This document shows positions 12,627 to 25,200 of a DNA stretch of 46,946 bases, one piece after another. The notes below the pieces were generated by a model. The model worked only from the letters and a program-made list of their open reading frames with translations, ran no database searches and was not told where the DNA came from. The position numbers were made by a program, and so were the translations under genes. Within the stretch, counting starts at the first letter, position 1, and the number at the start of each line of letters is the position of its first letter. Source of the stretch: Psammoneis japonica (taxonomy: Eukaryota); contig QPGO01000350.1 of assembly GCA_008632985.1 (NCBI GenBank), positions 1 to 46,946 on the forward strand, written 5' to 3'.

Positions 12627-13701
12627 AAAAATAAGTCGGCGGTCCCCCTTAATGTCTTTAAATTTTGTTAAATAAGACGGAAAAGGTTTTTGTCACACTT
12701 GTGAATGAATCCCACATTTCACGGTGCTTATTTCGGCGACATAGTAGCGTAGAAATATTAATGTTGTACCACAGATCTTAATGTATATATAGTATATATC
12801 ACTGCTGCATGCCAACGCAAAAAACTAATTTTTCCACACTTTCACCGCGACAAAACAAAATGGTGAGTGCCGCTGCTGTTGACGATGTCGTTTGTCGAAA
12901 GCAATGTGTTCAACGCCGATGTTTCGGCGTGTTGTTGCTGTTGTATGCCATTGCCAACAATGTGTGCAAAACCATCGCTGTCACATTGTGCAGGAGACGG
13001 GAAACAACAACTCCACTTCGGGCATCCCAGCAGCTCTGAAGGCAGCCGCCAACAACAACCTGGAAGCCCTCAAAAGGGATGTTGACACCGGCATTCGAGT
13101 CTTTGTCACTCATGTCCAAGAACCTAATCGACACACAACATTTCAGGTGGGAAAGAAGTGGTTCCTAGTCTCAACACTGGTGAAAAAGCTCGAGACGAGT
13201 GCTCTGCGCCTCTCATCTTCTCGATCAAGTCGGCGTTGCGGAAGACGGTATGATACTGGAATATGAGCAGAAATGGATGAATCTCCTTTACTTCCCTTTC
13301 TCTGAGTTGGAAAAGAGGCCCATTGGCCAATGGAAATTTGTTACAGTAAAGCTTTGAGCCACCAAGACTCTGGGCATGGTGACACCTCCACCGCGCCATG
13401 CTGTCGTGACTTTCTCAAAGGAGATCCCATTAATCCATCAAGGCCACAGCTGTGTCAGAAACAAGAGGCAGGAAGGCATCCAGCCGACTCCTTAGAGATG
13501 TAAATAATGCATCTTCTATTTCTCTGTTGAAGACTCCTGCAGACAAGGAAACAGCAGAACCGTCAGCAGAGAAAGACCGCCAGTGAGTCATTCCCATTGC
13601 TTTCTTTGTGACTAATTAGCTGTAACATTTGCTATAAACAACATTTCAATTATCTATGCAATGAAAACTATGCCATGCTGTGTTTACAATTTCCTTAGAC
13701 A

Positions 13702-14735
13702 CTAGGAGCGACCCGCCACCTCCGACATCAACGACCGAGCGCGTCCAAAATATACAGTGTTGCGGCCTCTTGCTGTACCTCCAAGACTGCAAATTGCGGA
13801 AGATCGAATGTGTATCTCGTCATAACGATCCAAAGCAATGATGGATACCCTGTTATGACATTCTGTATCGTTTCTAGCCCCACGAGCGACCCGCCACCTC
13901 CGGCAACAACGACCAAGTGTGTGCAAAACCTGTAGTGTTCCGGCCTCTTTCCATGGCTCCAAGACCGCAAATTGCAGTAGATTGCACGTGTATCTTGTCA
14001 TAGCGACACAGAGTGATGTTTGATACCCTGTTTTGTCATTCTGCATCGTTTCTAGCCCCACGAGCGACCACCACCCCCTTACCTTGACGACCAAGTGCGC
14101 CCAAAAAAGCCAAGTTCCGGCCTCTCCTTGTGCCACCAAGGACGCAAATTGTAATGGGTCAAACACGTATCACGTCATAACAATCCAAAGCAATGTTGGG
14201 TGCACTGTCAAAATATTCTGCACCGTTTCTAGCCCCACAAGCGTCCGGCAACTGCCGACCGAGAACCAAAGAGCGAAAAAAATGTGTTGTGTTCCGGCCT
14301 CTTACTGCACCACCAAGACTGCATGTTGCAATGGCTCAAGCATATATCTCGTCATGACAGTCGAAAGCAACACTGGATGCCCTTTTACAGTTTACTCCAT
14401 TGTTTCTAGCCCCACAAGCAACCGGCAACCAACGACCGGAGAAAACAAAAAACCACCATGTCGATCTAAATGCCAAAGAAACACGAAACCTTTAGAAGAT
14501 GCCAACAAAACAACTACACCACCAAACTCAGCGTATTCGAATTACCTTGTACCAATATTATAGACGCCAAAATATCGTCCCGTTGATGGACGATTAATGA
14601 CTAGAGTCAAGTTTCGGAGAAAACAACAACCACCCTGCCCACACAAATGCAAAAGAAACTCAAAAGCTTTTGAAGATACCAACAAAAACAAAACACCATC
14701 ATACTCGCCATATTCGAATTACCTTGTGTCAATGC
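13702..14735. repeat. ~177-178-bp diverged tandem repeat (about 4 copies) followed by two copies of a second ~178-bp unit
   Basis: TTTCTAGCCCCAC recurs at 13871, 14049, 14226 and 14403. CGGAGAAAACAA...TATTCGAATTACCTTGT recurs at 14437 and 14615. Confidence 0.88.
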
Positions 14736-15868
14736 TCTCACCCCTGTGACATTGTCCCAGTGACAGTGTATTCATGAACGGAGCCATGCCGCCATGGTGT
14801 TTTTCTCGGATGAATGAGTTTCATTCGCACGAGTCCAGTCGCATTTTTGAGGTTATGGGCTGAACCACACTGTGTCGCCTCGCGCGTAGAAAAAAAGCAT
14901 CGTGATTTTTGTTAGAGACGAGAACACTGCTCAACTCTGCCTTTTGATTTGCACGTGGTAGATGTGAACAGGTTTCTGCATAAATACTATCGCACACTTA
15001 GGAGTCGTATTTTTCGAACGGAAATTAGATTCTTTCCATGTGTTTCTAAATAACGAGAGAACAGTGACAAATTTTGTCTTTTAACAACTTTCTTTATTTG
15101 AACAGCACAGGTTTCTGCATAAATGATGGGACACACTTATGAATCAATCTTCTTTAGAAAACTGCAGGGAGAAAATAATTTCAAAAAGTTATTCTTACTA
15201 GTAAAACGACGGATCACTAATCAATGTCATGTTTCGATGTCAGAAAACAAGATCAGACTTGTGACTACCGGTAGAACAGAGGATCCGAACACTCTTCTCA
15301 TTAAAAAAAAAGAAAACACTGCAGTGACAACCCAGCATCTTTCAAAACAAGCAAACCAAAAAGGTGAGTCCATGACTGAACCACATTCCATGACTGGTTG
15401 AAGCTGCATTCTTGTGATTGGATGAAGTGTCCACACGCCCACTGAGCGCCGGGCCGTTTGAAGAGTGAATGGCCTCGCGAGTTTTGAGTCTGGGTGTTCT
15501 CGTTCCCTCAAGATTGATTGTGTGTGATGTGTCTCTCCTTCTTGCAGACCACAACAGGAGCCACAGATGCAGAATCTGTCTCCAAGTCTGCAAGCACCAC
15601 CATGGCTTGGCTTGTCTCGTCTCATCGCTCGCGCCTAATGCTTTCGTATGCGTCTCGCATTGTTTGACACCCACCATGATGGATCGAGACGATATGTGTT
15701 AGCCTTATACGGCGATCATGCGTCACGATCGAGTTTGTCTCCTCAGCTTGTGCTGCACTTCATCTGTGTATTTCTTGCATGCCATGTATCTAACGAACTA
15801 TGCGGTGTGTTCATTGTCCATGTTGCAGTATCTTATACGAAACTACGACTACGAGACTTACCGGTAAG

Positions 15869-18800
15869 ATGAAACTGGCCAGTTCCATCGTTCTCTTCTT
15901 CGCTTTTGCCGCTCCGGCGGCAGTGGCCGCGGATGGTGACGATTCTCTCGAGAGCAAGTTCACCTCCTTTCTTCGCGCTCGATCGCCTGCGCAAAAGGCT
16001 CTCCGTGCTCGCGGTTTGCAAGAGACTGTTACTTTCTGCCACAGGTTTTCCGAGGGCAGCAGGTTTTTCACCCGCGGGTACAGAACCGTGACGACGTCCG
16101 ACAAAACGGAGATAGATCTGTACACGGAGCTTAAGGATCCCATTGGAACGTGCAAGGACCTGTGCCCCAGCCTCTGCAACCACCAGCCATGCGTCGAGGA
16201 CTTCTCGTGGGACGGGAGTCTCTGTGGTTGCTATAGGGAATCAAGGAAGAAGGACCGGAATTTTTGTATCTCCAAGCATTCATACTGCGATGATCAAGGG
16301 CTAGAGCTTATCTGCAGGTGCAACAAGGGATACGTAGGCAATCCAATGGAAGAGGATGGTTGCGTCCGCAAGATCGAGGTCAAGCCCTGCGAAGGAGAAA
16401 CTTGCGAATACGAAGCGGGCAGCATTGACTTTGAAGACAAAGCCCTTTCCTTCCAGGTCAGTGGCGGTGGAACCACCTTCAAATGCAATAGGCGTGATCT
16501 TACGAGCAGCTCTAATGAAGGCTTTTGGCATGGCGATTGCGAAGGCATCGGTAGAGGCAAGGTTAATCTACTCAAGCTAGGGAAAAGCCCCAGCGGCGTC
16601 GATCTCATCTATGGCTCCGTGCGCGACACTGACCAAATGTGTCGCTTGATGCCAGATCCTACTGGGACCAAGAATACGATGAATTGCATTCCTCTTTCTG
16701 AACTTGTCCATGACGGGCCTGATGTCGTTTACGAGGAGTCTCCAAGTCGAAGACTTGTCAACAGCTCTTTTGGTGAGCCCATTTCATCCCCTCATCAACG
16801 AGTTGACTTGGAGAGTGTCTATCACGAAAACAGTCGTGTTCTTGGAGAATCGCGACGTGTTTATCAATGCGATCCTACCAAGACACGAATCGATATCATG
16901 GTTGTCTGGACTAAGAAAGCAGAGCTTTCGAATGCAGGACGCGATGATATCACTCCGGCAACGAGTACCATGGAAGGTCTCATCGAGTTAGCCATAGCGG
17001 AGACCAATGCCGCGTTCATCGATTCAGGTGTTGATGTCTGTCTGTATCTTGTCCACAGTTATCGTGATGATTCTTTTGAGGAAAGTACACTCGAGGGTGA
17101 TTTAAGTGCATTGCAAGCCAATCCTGGCGTCAATGCCCAAAGGGAGCTGAAGGGAGCAGATATGGTGGCCATGATAACTGGCAACCATGGTACGAAAGCT
17201 TGTGGCATAGGTGCACAGCCTTGGTACATTGACGAAGAAGAAACATATGTTGGTCAGGGCGTGAAGAAGAAGCGGGGCATTGATTCTATGTTTTCTGTTA
17301 CTGATTATCAGTGTGCGACTGGGACGTTCATATTCGGTCACGAGTTAGGTACGGGTCCATAAGAGCGGAAGCTTTACCACATCCGGCTTGTACTCACATC
17401 TTTTCGTGTTTTCTTCGGCTCCGTTAGGCCATAATTTCCAGTGCAACCACGACAGGGGGCAAGATAAAAGCTGTGCAAATCCTTATACTGCCTATGGATA
17501 TGTCAGTCCCGGTGGAGGGTTTCGCGACATCATGGGCTACCCCTGCAAACAACGCGATACAGGGAGAACGTGTAGCGGCACCAATTACGCACTGCCTTGC
17601 CCAACTGTTCAAATGTATTCCAACACAGTCGCGAAACACAATGGTTCACCTATTGGGAACGCAAACAACAACTGTGCAGGAAAAATCAACGAGAATAAGA
17701 TTGGGGTCGCCGGCTATTTCGACTGCAAGATCGATTGCCCGGCTTCATGTAACTCCGTCGAAGACTGTAACGACAACGATCCCTGTACGGTCGATGAGTG
17801 CGTCGCGAACGTATGCAAAAACACGCCCAAGAAATGTAAGTATTGTGGAACGCCCTTACCGAACGAATCGGGGCTGTCATGCTCTCTCCCTGTCACTTTC
17901 CTGTCTCAACGTCGATTCTCTTTCCTTTTCTATAATACCATAGGTGATGACAGTAAACCATGTACAGAAGACTTTTGCGATGAAACGGGCGAGTGCCAAA
18001 ACACACCTGTCATCTGCGACCAGGGCGATTGTACTACCGGCGAATGCGACCCCTTGACTGGATGCGAGATTATCCCCAATTGTGGCCTTAGTGTGTGTAC
18101 CGCAGATTTCTGCGGCGCAAACGCGGACTGCTCCATGGTTGACGGCAAAGCCGTCTGCACCTGCAAAGACGGGTATCAAGACTTTGGTCCAGAAGTTGGC
18201 TGTTCCTGTTTTCGAACGTTTGAGGCGCTGAAGGATGCTATCGATTCGGCTTCTGGGCCCATTGAAATTGCTCTATGCTCTGGCACGATTCCGTTCCAGG
18301 AGCCCATTAACCTACGCGACAAGCACCTGAAGATGAAATGCAATACAGGCGGCGGAGCTTGCGTGCTTGATGGCAGAAACGAGGTGCAGTTGTTTTCTGC
18401 CTTAGGCGTGAGTGACCACGATCTTGTGATTGAAGACGTCACCTTTCAGAATGGCTTTCAGGTGAGAAAGATTACGTTCTTATTCTTACAACGAACGCTC
18501 TCTTAGCCCAGTCATTCCGTTTTGTCGAAGTGCAGGCGGAAGGTTACGGAGGAGCATTCCACTTTTACGGAAGTTCCACCGCTCAAGCCGTTTTCACGCG
18601 GTGCAGTTTTCTTCGCAACCGGGCTAGGGTAAGTCTCATGCCGTCTCCAAGCACCATCGCTTTCCCATGCAACTACTCACTCTCTATCGCACGATTGACT
18701 ATCATTCAGGATGGTGGAGCCATATCTTCTGACCACGGCAAGATAATTCTTAAAGATTGCACTTTCAAATTCAACACAGCCACAAGTGTATGTATTATGT

Positions 18801-19074
18801 GTGTACAATCCATTCCCTTCCGGGTTGGTTTTCTCACTTCTGCTATCATTTTTCTCAATGATCAATGGAACAGTTTGGGGGAGCCATTATTCTAGCAGGT
18901 ACAGGAGAGGCTACAGTTGATAGTTGCGAATTCGTTGCGAACAGTGCTCCACCCAGGAAAGGTCCGGATATATCTGCCTTTCCACAAACTAGCATCACTT
19001 GCCGAGATATCATCACCTGGAGTGAAGCGGGAAGTAATGGCATTCTGGGAACCAACGACGGTTGCTCCAACTAG
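15869..19074 (+). CDS. Secreted multidomain metzincin (M12B/reprolysin-like) with EGF-like and Cys-rich repeats and a C-terminal GGA/FxxN beta-helix; exons 15869-17348, 17428-17835, 17944-18461, 18536-18628, 18710-18787, 18874-19074
   Basis: Signal peptide MKLASSIVLFFAFAAPAAVAA; IDIMVVWT; spliced zinc motif HELG|HNFQCNHD; Met-turn DIMGY; CNDNDPCTVDEC repeats; EGF CGANADC..CTCKDGY; GGAF/GGAI plus FxxN repeats. Five GT-AG introns preserve the frame. Confidence 0.82.
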
Positions 19075-20689
19075 AAATGTTTCCTGGGAGAAGGTGTATG
19101 ATGTGATGCGTGTGAAGAGAAGTTGCATGCGAAGCGAAGCGTCTACCAAGGCTAACTAGAGTGAAACAAGACTGCCTGGTTTACCTGGTACGTGCTGGAA
19201 AACAAGAAAACATGCTCCTACTAGTCGAAAAAAGACGCCCATGCGTTTGTGCATAAGACCCATCATTCGCAAACTTTTTTATTGCAACCAACCAAACAGT
19301 GTTCGAATGGTGGGTCTCCACATCCAGCGGTCAACAAATCTTGGGGTGGCAAGAATGTGAGAATCCATGGACAAAGACCATTTCACAGTGCAAGGGTGGG
19401 ATTGACCCCCAATGCCATTCCAAAGAGAATCGAAACCATGTTCTAGAATGGATCATTGTGAGGCAAAACCTCAGAAGGTGCGCCAACAAATGTTTTTCTC
19501 TTTGTCAATGTTGGTGCATGTTCAGGGTTCGGGCACAGAAAAAAGTGCATCTCACAATGGAAAAAGGCACTTTCACAACCCATCCTGACAGCTCTTGTGG
19601 TGGTGCTCAAGTGTCTGGAACTTGTTGCTTGTTGACTGCACCCTGAAGCCACCACTGATGAGGGTGAAGCATGGCAGCTGTGCAGCCTGGTTTCTGACAC
19701 CACATTGAACAAACAAGCATTTTTGGCACAACGTGCACAATCAAGCAGGAACAGACCGCCGGCATTCCAACTGACACAAAGCAATGAGCCAGCGTGACTT
19801 CTTGGTTGGCAATGAGGTTCTTTGGTTGTCTGACCCTTGCTCTGTTGATGGAACAGAAAAAAGGCTTGCCACCACACTCCACACCAAATGCCAAAGCATG
19901 CTGTCAACCAATGAGACTCAAGTGCAGTGCAATGCACGCTGCTTCACACAATGACCTGCAAAAAACATTGTGCTGCTCTCCTCACCTGTGTCAGGTTGGG
20001 TGTTCAACGATGTGTGCTGGTGTCTCAAAGAACCAAACAGGGGCACATCCCTTGGGTTCATTGCATGTCAAGAAATGGGCTGAGCAGCAACAAAAAAATG
20101 CCATGCAAGAGAACAACCAGCAGCTGCACTGGTCTTGTTGCTGCTCCTCCCAATGCAGCACAATGACAAGACTCAGCATGCCACAGCTTGTGTGTTGCAT
20201 CACACAGGTTTGTTGGTGCCACAGTTGGAAGGATGCCATGTTGGTCAGATCCTTCTACACTGCAGCGGGGAGAGGTGCAAACCTCCACCAGCTTCTGCCT
20301 CAGTTTGTTGCTGATGCTGCAGCCCCACGCCAAATGTGCTTGGGTTTGTTGTGCCAGCAGCTGTGGCTCCATTGCACCCACTTGTGCAATGAATGTGAGC
20401 AAAGCTTCAAAAGAACTTTGATCTGTTGTGTGGGCTGTGCCAGCAGCCAGTTCTGACCCTGCAACATCCACTTGTGTTGGAGGCATTTGAGCAAGATTCA
20501 CCATGTTGTGACATTTTTTTCTTTTTGGGCAGAGCAGCTCTCACTGAGGACTTCTCAGAAAGAAGATGTGGAAGTCAACTGCCTCAGAATGGCTTCACTG
20601 CATGAGTGCTCATGGCTTCACTGCACTGCGGCCACTCTCCTGGGGATGTCACCTGTGCAAGCACAGGCCTCAACATCAATTGCCACATG

Positions 20690-21318
20690 ATGATGGCACA
20701 AACAACAACATTGCTTCTTTGTGATCATCATCTGTCTGCAACACCATGTCTGCCAAACAACTTGAATTCATGTTGGAGAAAGTGTGTGTTGGCAAGAGTC
20801 AGGACTTTTGGGACAAGCAGCTCCAACTCAGAAAGTGTGCGAGAAGCACAAGTTGTTGTCACCCTGCTGTGGTTGTCTGGCACAATGTCTTTTCTGATGA
20901 AGATCCTTGTCTTGAGAAGATCCGCACCTTGGCTGAGAAGGATCACAAGTTTTGTCACAGTCCAGAGGATGATGAGCAGCTTTGTGTCAAGTTCTGCAAA
21001 TGCAGTGATTCCTTGTCACCAGAAAATCAAAAATTCATTGGCCAGGCCCTTGTAGAATGTGTTGATCTCCCATTGATGCAGAAGGTGCTTCTTGGCAAGT
21101 GCTTTCACTTGCTCAGTGAGGATGAAAAGGTTTCACTTCATGGGTTGGCAAACAAGGAAATTGGTTTCATGCTGGCATTCTTGCCATGGCAGCATGATGG
21201 CATGAAGAACAAAGAAAAGATGAGCCTTGTGGAGGCACAGATCTTGTGCATCGATTGCTTTGCAATTGATGAACACAAAGCAAAACACACAATGAAGCCT
21301 CACATGTTTGATGATTGA
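20690..21318 (+). pseudogene. TpA-mutated copy A of an unknown repeat-borne protein gene
   Basis: ORF 20746-21318 aligns along its length with ORF 31433-32185(-), e.g. FWDKQ..ARST.CCHPAV.VWHN.FSDED..LEKIR.LAEKD. Confidence 0.7.
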
Positions 21319-22279
21319 ACAACTTGTGTCCCAAGTTTGATGGTTGAAGACCACGCAACGCAAGTCTGGTGATTGAAGACCACAGTGCAAGTTTGATGAT
21401 TGAAGAACTTGTTGCAAGTTGGGTGATCAAAAAATGGCAGAGTTTCAATTCTTGGTGATTCCAATTTGTGTTGTGGACATGATCGATTCACCATTGACTG
21501 GGTGATGCAAGTTTGATCCATGACTGCTGGCTCACAGCATCCTGTCAACATGCTGGGGAGGTGGTTGTGTTGTTTGTGCACCCCAAGCAAGTGATGTGCT
21601 GCACTTGGTGTCTTTGGTGGAATGACAAAAAAGTGGGGAGCAGGCAGAGAAGGGAGAGGAGAAAAAGGAAATGTGGAGAAACAGTTCATGTGCTGCATGT
21701 CCAAGATGTGTGTGTTGTTGCTTCTCTCTTCTTTTTGTTTCAATGCAAGAAAAGAGGGTTTTTGGAGCACCATCGGTTGTGCAATCTGATGATGAAAAAG
21801 ATGGAAAAGTCACAGAAACTAGAAACTGAACCACGCTCATTTGAAGAAAAAGGTCGTTGCACTCAATTGATGGTGCACGCACATGCCCAGATGACCCCAT
21901 TCCCGGTTGCCCTCTCACCTCTCCCTGTTCTGCTGTGGCTCCATCTGCCAGCTTTGCGATGATGCTTTCTCTCCTCCCTTCCACTCTTCTGCTCCTTTGC
22001 TGCCTCTGGCAGCATGGCCAGGTGGCTGGCAGGTGTGGTGGATGTCAGTGCATGGACAGGTGTGCCGCAGCAATTGAGCGACTTTGTGCTCATGAGTGTC
22101 TTGCAGCACACAGATGTTGGAGCATGTTGACAGCCAGATCACTTGAAAGAAAGACATGATCATCAGCAGGAGAGCAAGATGAGCAAGGAACAAAAAATTT
22201 GAAACAGGCCCTTTTGAGACATTTTCAACACCAGGTGGGTGTGACATTTGGCCCAAAGTTTGACTTTGTCATCATGCAC

Positions 22280-25200
22280 TTTTGACCATTTTCAACCAAG
22301 TGACAACAAAACAAAACCCAAAATCTACATTTAAAGTGCTGCTGTGCTTCCACCCTGCAACTCTGGCATCAAGCTGACCCACACTCCCAGTGCACAATTG
22401 TGGCATCATCTGATGGTGACGCCGCACCAAAGCAGCTTGCAACAGCATGAGTGCCTCTGGCAGCCAAGCATTTTGCCTCTCAAATGCCAGACTTGAACAA
22501 TGGCTGAACCATGGCCAACCAACTACAAAGATGATGAGTGGAGTGGTTGAGGTGCTCTTCTGCTGAATCCAACAAATGTGATCAATCTCGTGCAAGGCAG
22601 TCATCTGATCTTGAACAAATTGCTTTAACCGTGGCCTCCGCATCCCTGCATTGCAAAGATTTCCTGGTCTCCGAATCATGCCCAGGAATTGCATTGTTGT
22701 GGGAATCCCACAGATCCCACCACTGTTCCCAAATGCAACTGCCTGCAGTGGTGGCCCAGTCTTGGTGTTGCTCCTTTTTGGAAAGACTGTGAAATGTGCT
22801 GCTTGCCAACAAATGAGACAGTTGGATCTTGTTCCACTAACGAGAAACCATCCGCTAAAAATGCATCCCCAGCCAATCTCTTCTTGTGACCAAAATGCAG
22901 AAGTCACACTGCAACGGAAGTCCTCAGAACATGTCAATTCATCCCAAAGCCATGCTTCAAGTGCCTGCAAAATTAAGTCACGCAAGGATGGGGAAGTGTC
23001 AATGTCGTTGCACTTTTTCCGAAGACCCTGAAGAAATTTCCTGCACCAAGCTTTGTTGTCAGGGCACCAAAGAATGTGGTCCCTGTCCTCCATGGGATGT
23101 TCTTGACAATGGATGCAGCAGTCAAGCCAAATCGGGTCATGTTGATGTGCAATCTCATTTGTTGGCAACAAGTCCTGAACTGACTTGACTGTGCTCACTT
23201 TCCGACGCATGTTCCTGGACACAAGTTTGGAGTGAACAGTCCAGTCCACGGAAGAGCACACTGCATCAGACCATCCGCACTTGGCCTTCATGCAGTGGAT
23301 GAGAGCAGGACTTGATGCTTCACACTGGAGGATGGGCTGAAAGTTAGCAGAAATTGTGGAATCTTGGGCCACCAGGTTTGCCAAGCAGCGAGGCATGCGA
23401 GGGGCAAGGAGAGCATCCCCTGAACAGTGACCTTGACATTGACCTGCCAACTTGTCGGTGCACACATTGAGCTTGGCTGGCAGAGACAATGATTCACATG
23501 GAACAGCTTGATCTTGGTGGCCTTTTGCCCATTGGATGCCAACCTCTGCACCGGAGCAGTCGTTGGTCAAAAAACCCACAATCAATTCAAAGGACACAAA
23601 TGTTTTGTGCAATGAGCCCCATTCCAAGGAAAGTGCATTCGTCACGTGATGCCATTGAAAGAAATCCTGGTTGCCATCTGTTGCAGTTGGGTCTGCAGGT
23701 GCAGGTTGAGCTTGAAAGTTTGATGCAGTGTGGACCAATGAAAAATTGTTGCAGCATGAGTCCATGCCTTGCACGAAGACTTGATGACAAAACTCCATCA
23801 TCCTGAAAAGAAAATGCAAGAAGGAAAGAAGACCATGTGCCTCTGCTCTGTGTGACGATGGGCAGAAACTAAATGCTGGTCCTGCACAATCCACCAGTGG
23901 TGTGCCATTGACAGCAAGAGTCCAACCAAAAGCACCTTGAAATGCCAGTGTCAATCCATTGCTGCCCACTGAGGCTCTGGAGGATGAAAGACAATCTGCC
24001 ACTTCAAAAACCAAAACGTGCAATGTCAGGTCTTCGAACAACAAGGACTCCCACTGCAGAAGCGAGTGGAGCATCGAAATGAAATCATCAAGAATGGGAA
24101 TTGAGGATGGCAGGGACACCTCATGACAACAGGAGTTCACTTTCCAAAAGCCTTTTTGAGTGGCAGTTGCCAAAACTGGAGATGCCAACAGGGAGAGGTC
24201 ATGTGCCATCTCTGGCTTGCAAACCTCATCTGCACTGCCATTGCTGGTGGGAAACACTTGGAAGCTGGAGTTGGTCCAGACACTTAAAAATTGTTCTGCC
24301 GGTTTGCAGTGTGCAGCATGTGCCATTTGCATCTCCACAGCAGGTGCTGCCCAAGGGCCCAGAGGACCACGCAGTTTGTGGGAATCCATTTTACAGAGTG
24401 TGGTGCAGAATTGGCGCCATTGTTTCCAGGCCCGAGCAGATGGATGTTCTTGTTCAACTGGGGTCACTGCAGAAAAACTGCTGAGGAGGGATCATTGCCC
24501 TTCAATCTTGAACTCATCAATGAACCTGCCATCAGGAAGAGCAATCTCAGAGACAGTCAGCACATTGAGACTCAAGCGGCAACAATTGACCCATCTGATT
24601 TCCCTGTCAGCAAACATTCCAGACTCCAATGCCACATCCATGATGTGTTGATCATCATCTCGCTGCAGGGGAAGCACTCCTGTGTTGTTGAAGTCAATGC
24701 AGGCATTGGCTTGTGTGAGGAATGCTTGGAGAGACATGAGCCATTTCGATTTGGAATGAGGAAGTGCAGAGTGAACATTGCAAAGAAAGCTGATGCCGGT
24801 TCCCAGTTGGCACTGAATCCAAGACACTGCAACAGTTGACAGAAGCTGAGGCTGACCAGAACTGCGCCAATGCTTGAGAAATTGCAAGACTTGGGCAACG
24901 CCTTGCTCCACGTCCAAAGACCAAAATCCACCACCACCCAAAGAATGGCACATCTCGTTTTGTGTTCCTGTTGCATCCACACTTGGCCACAATGATCCGC
25001 ACTGCTTTTCTCTGCATCTCCAGCAGTTCCTTTGGCAGAAAATGAGCATTCGGCAGCACACAAGTCATGGATGACAAGTGACAGGCGTGGCAGTGAGTCC
25101 AAGCTTCACGCTGATCCAAGGGACAGGATCGAAGAAACAATGCAGCGTCATCACTCTTCTTCTTCAAGGCTTTGAACTGAGTCTTCTGGGTGCCGGCAGG

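Noticed and set aside
12860..13590. Possible small gene or pseudogene
   Set aside because: It has coding-like stretches but frame breaks and no recognisable domain.
13702..14735. CRISPR array
   Set aside because: Whole units are homologous with no unique spacers, there are no cas genes, and the context is eukaryotic.
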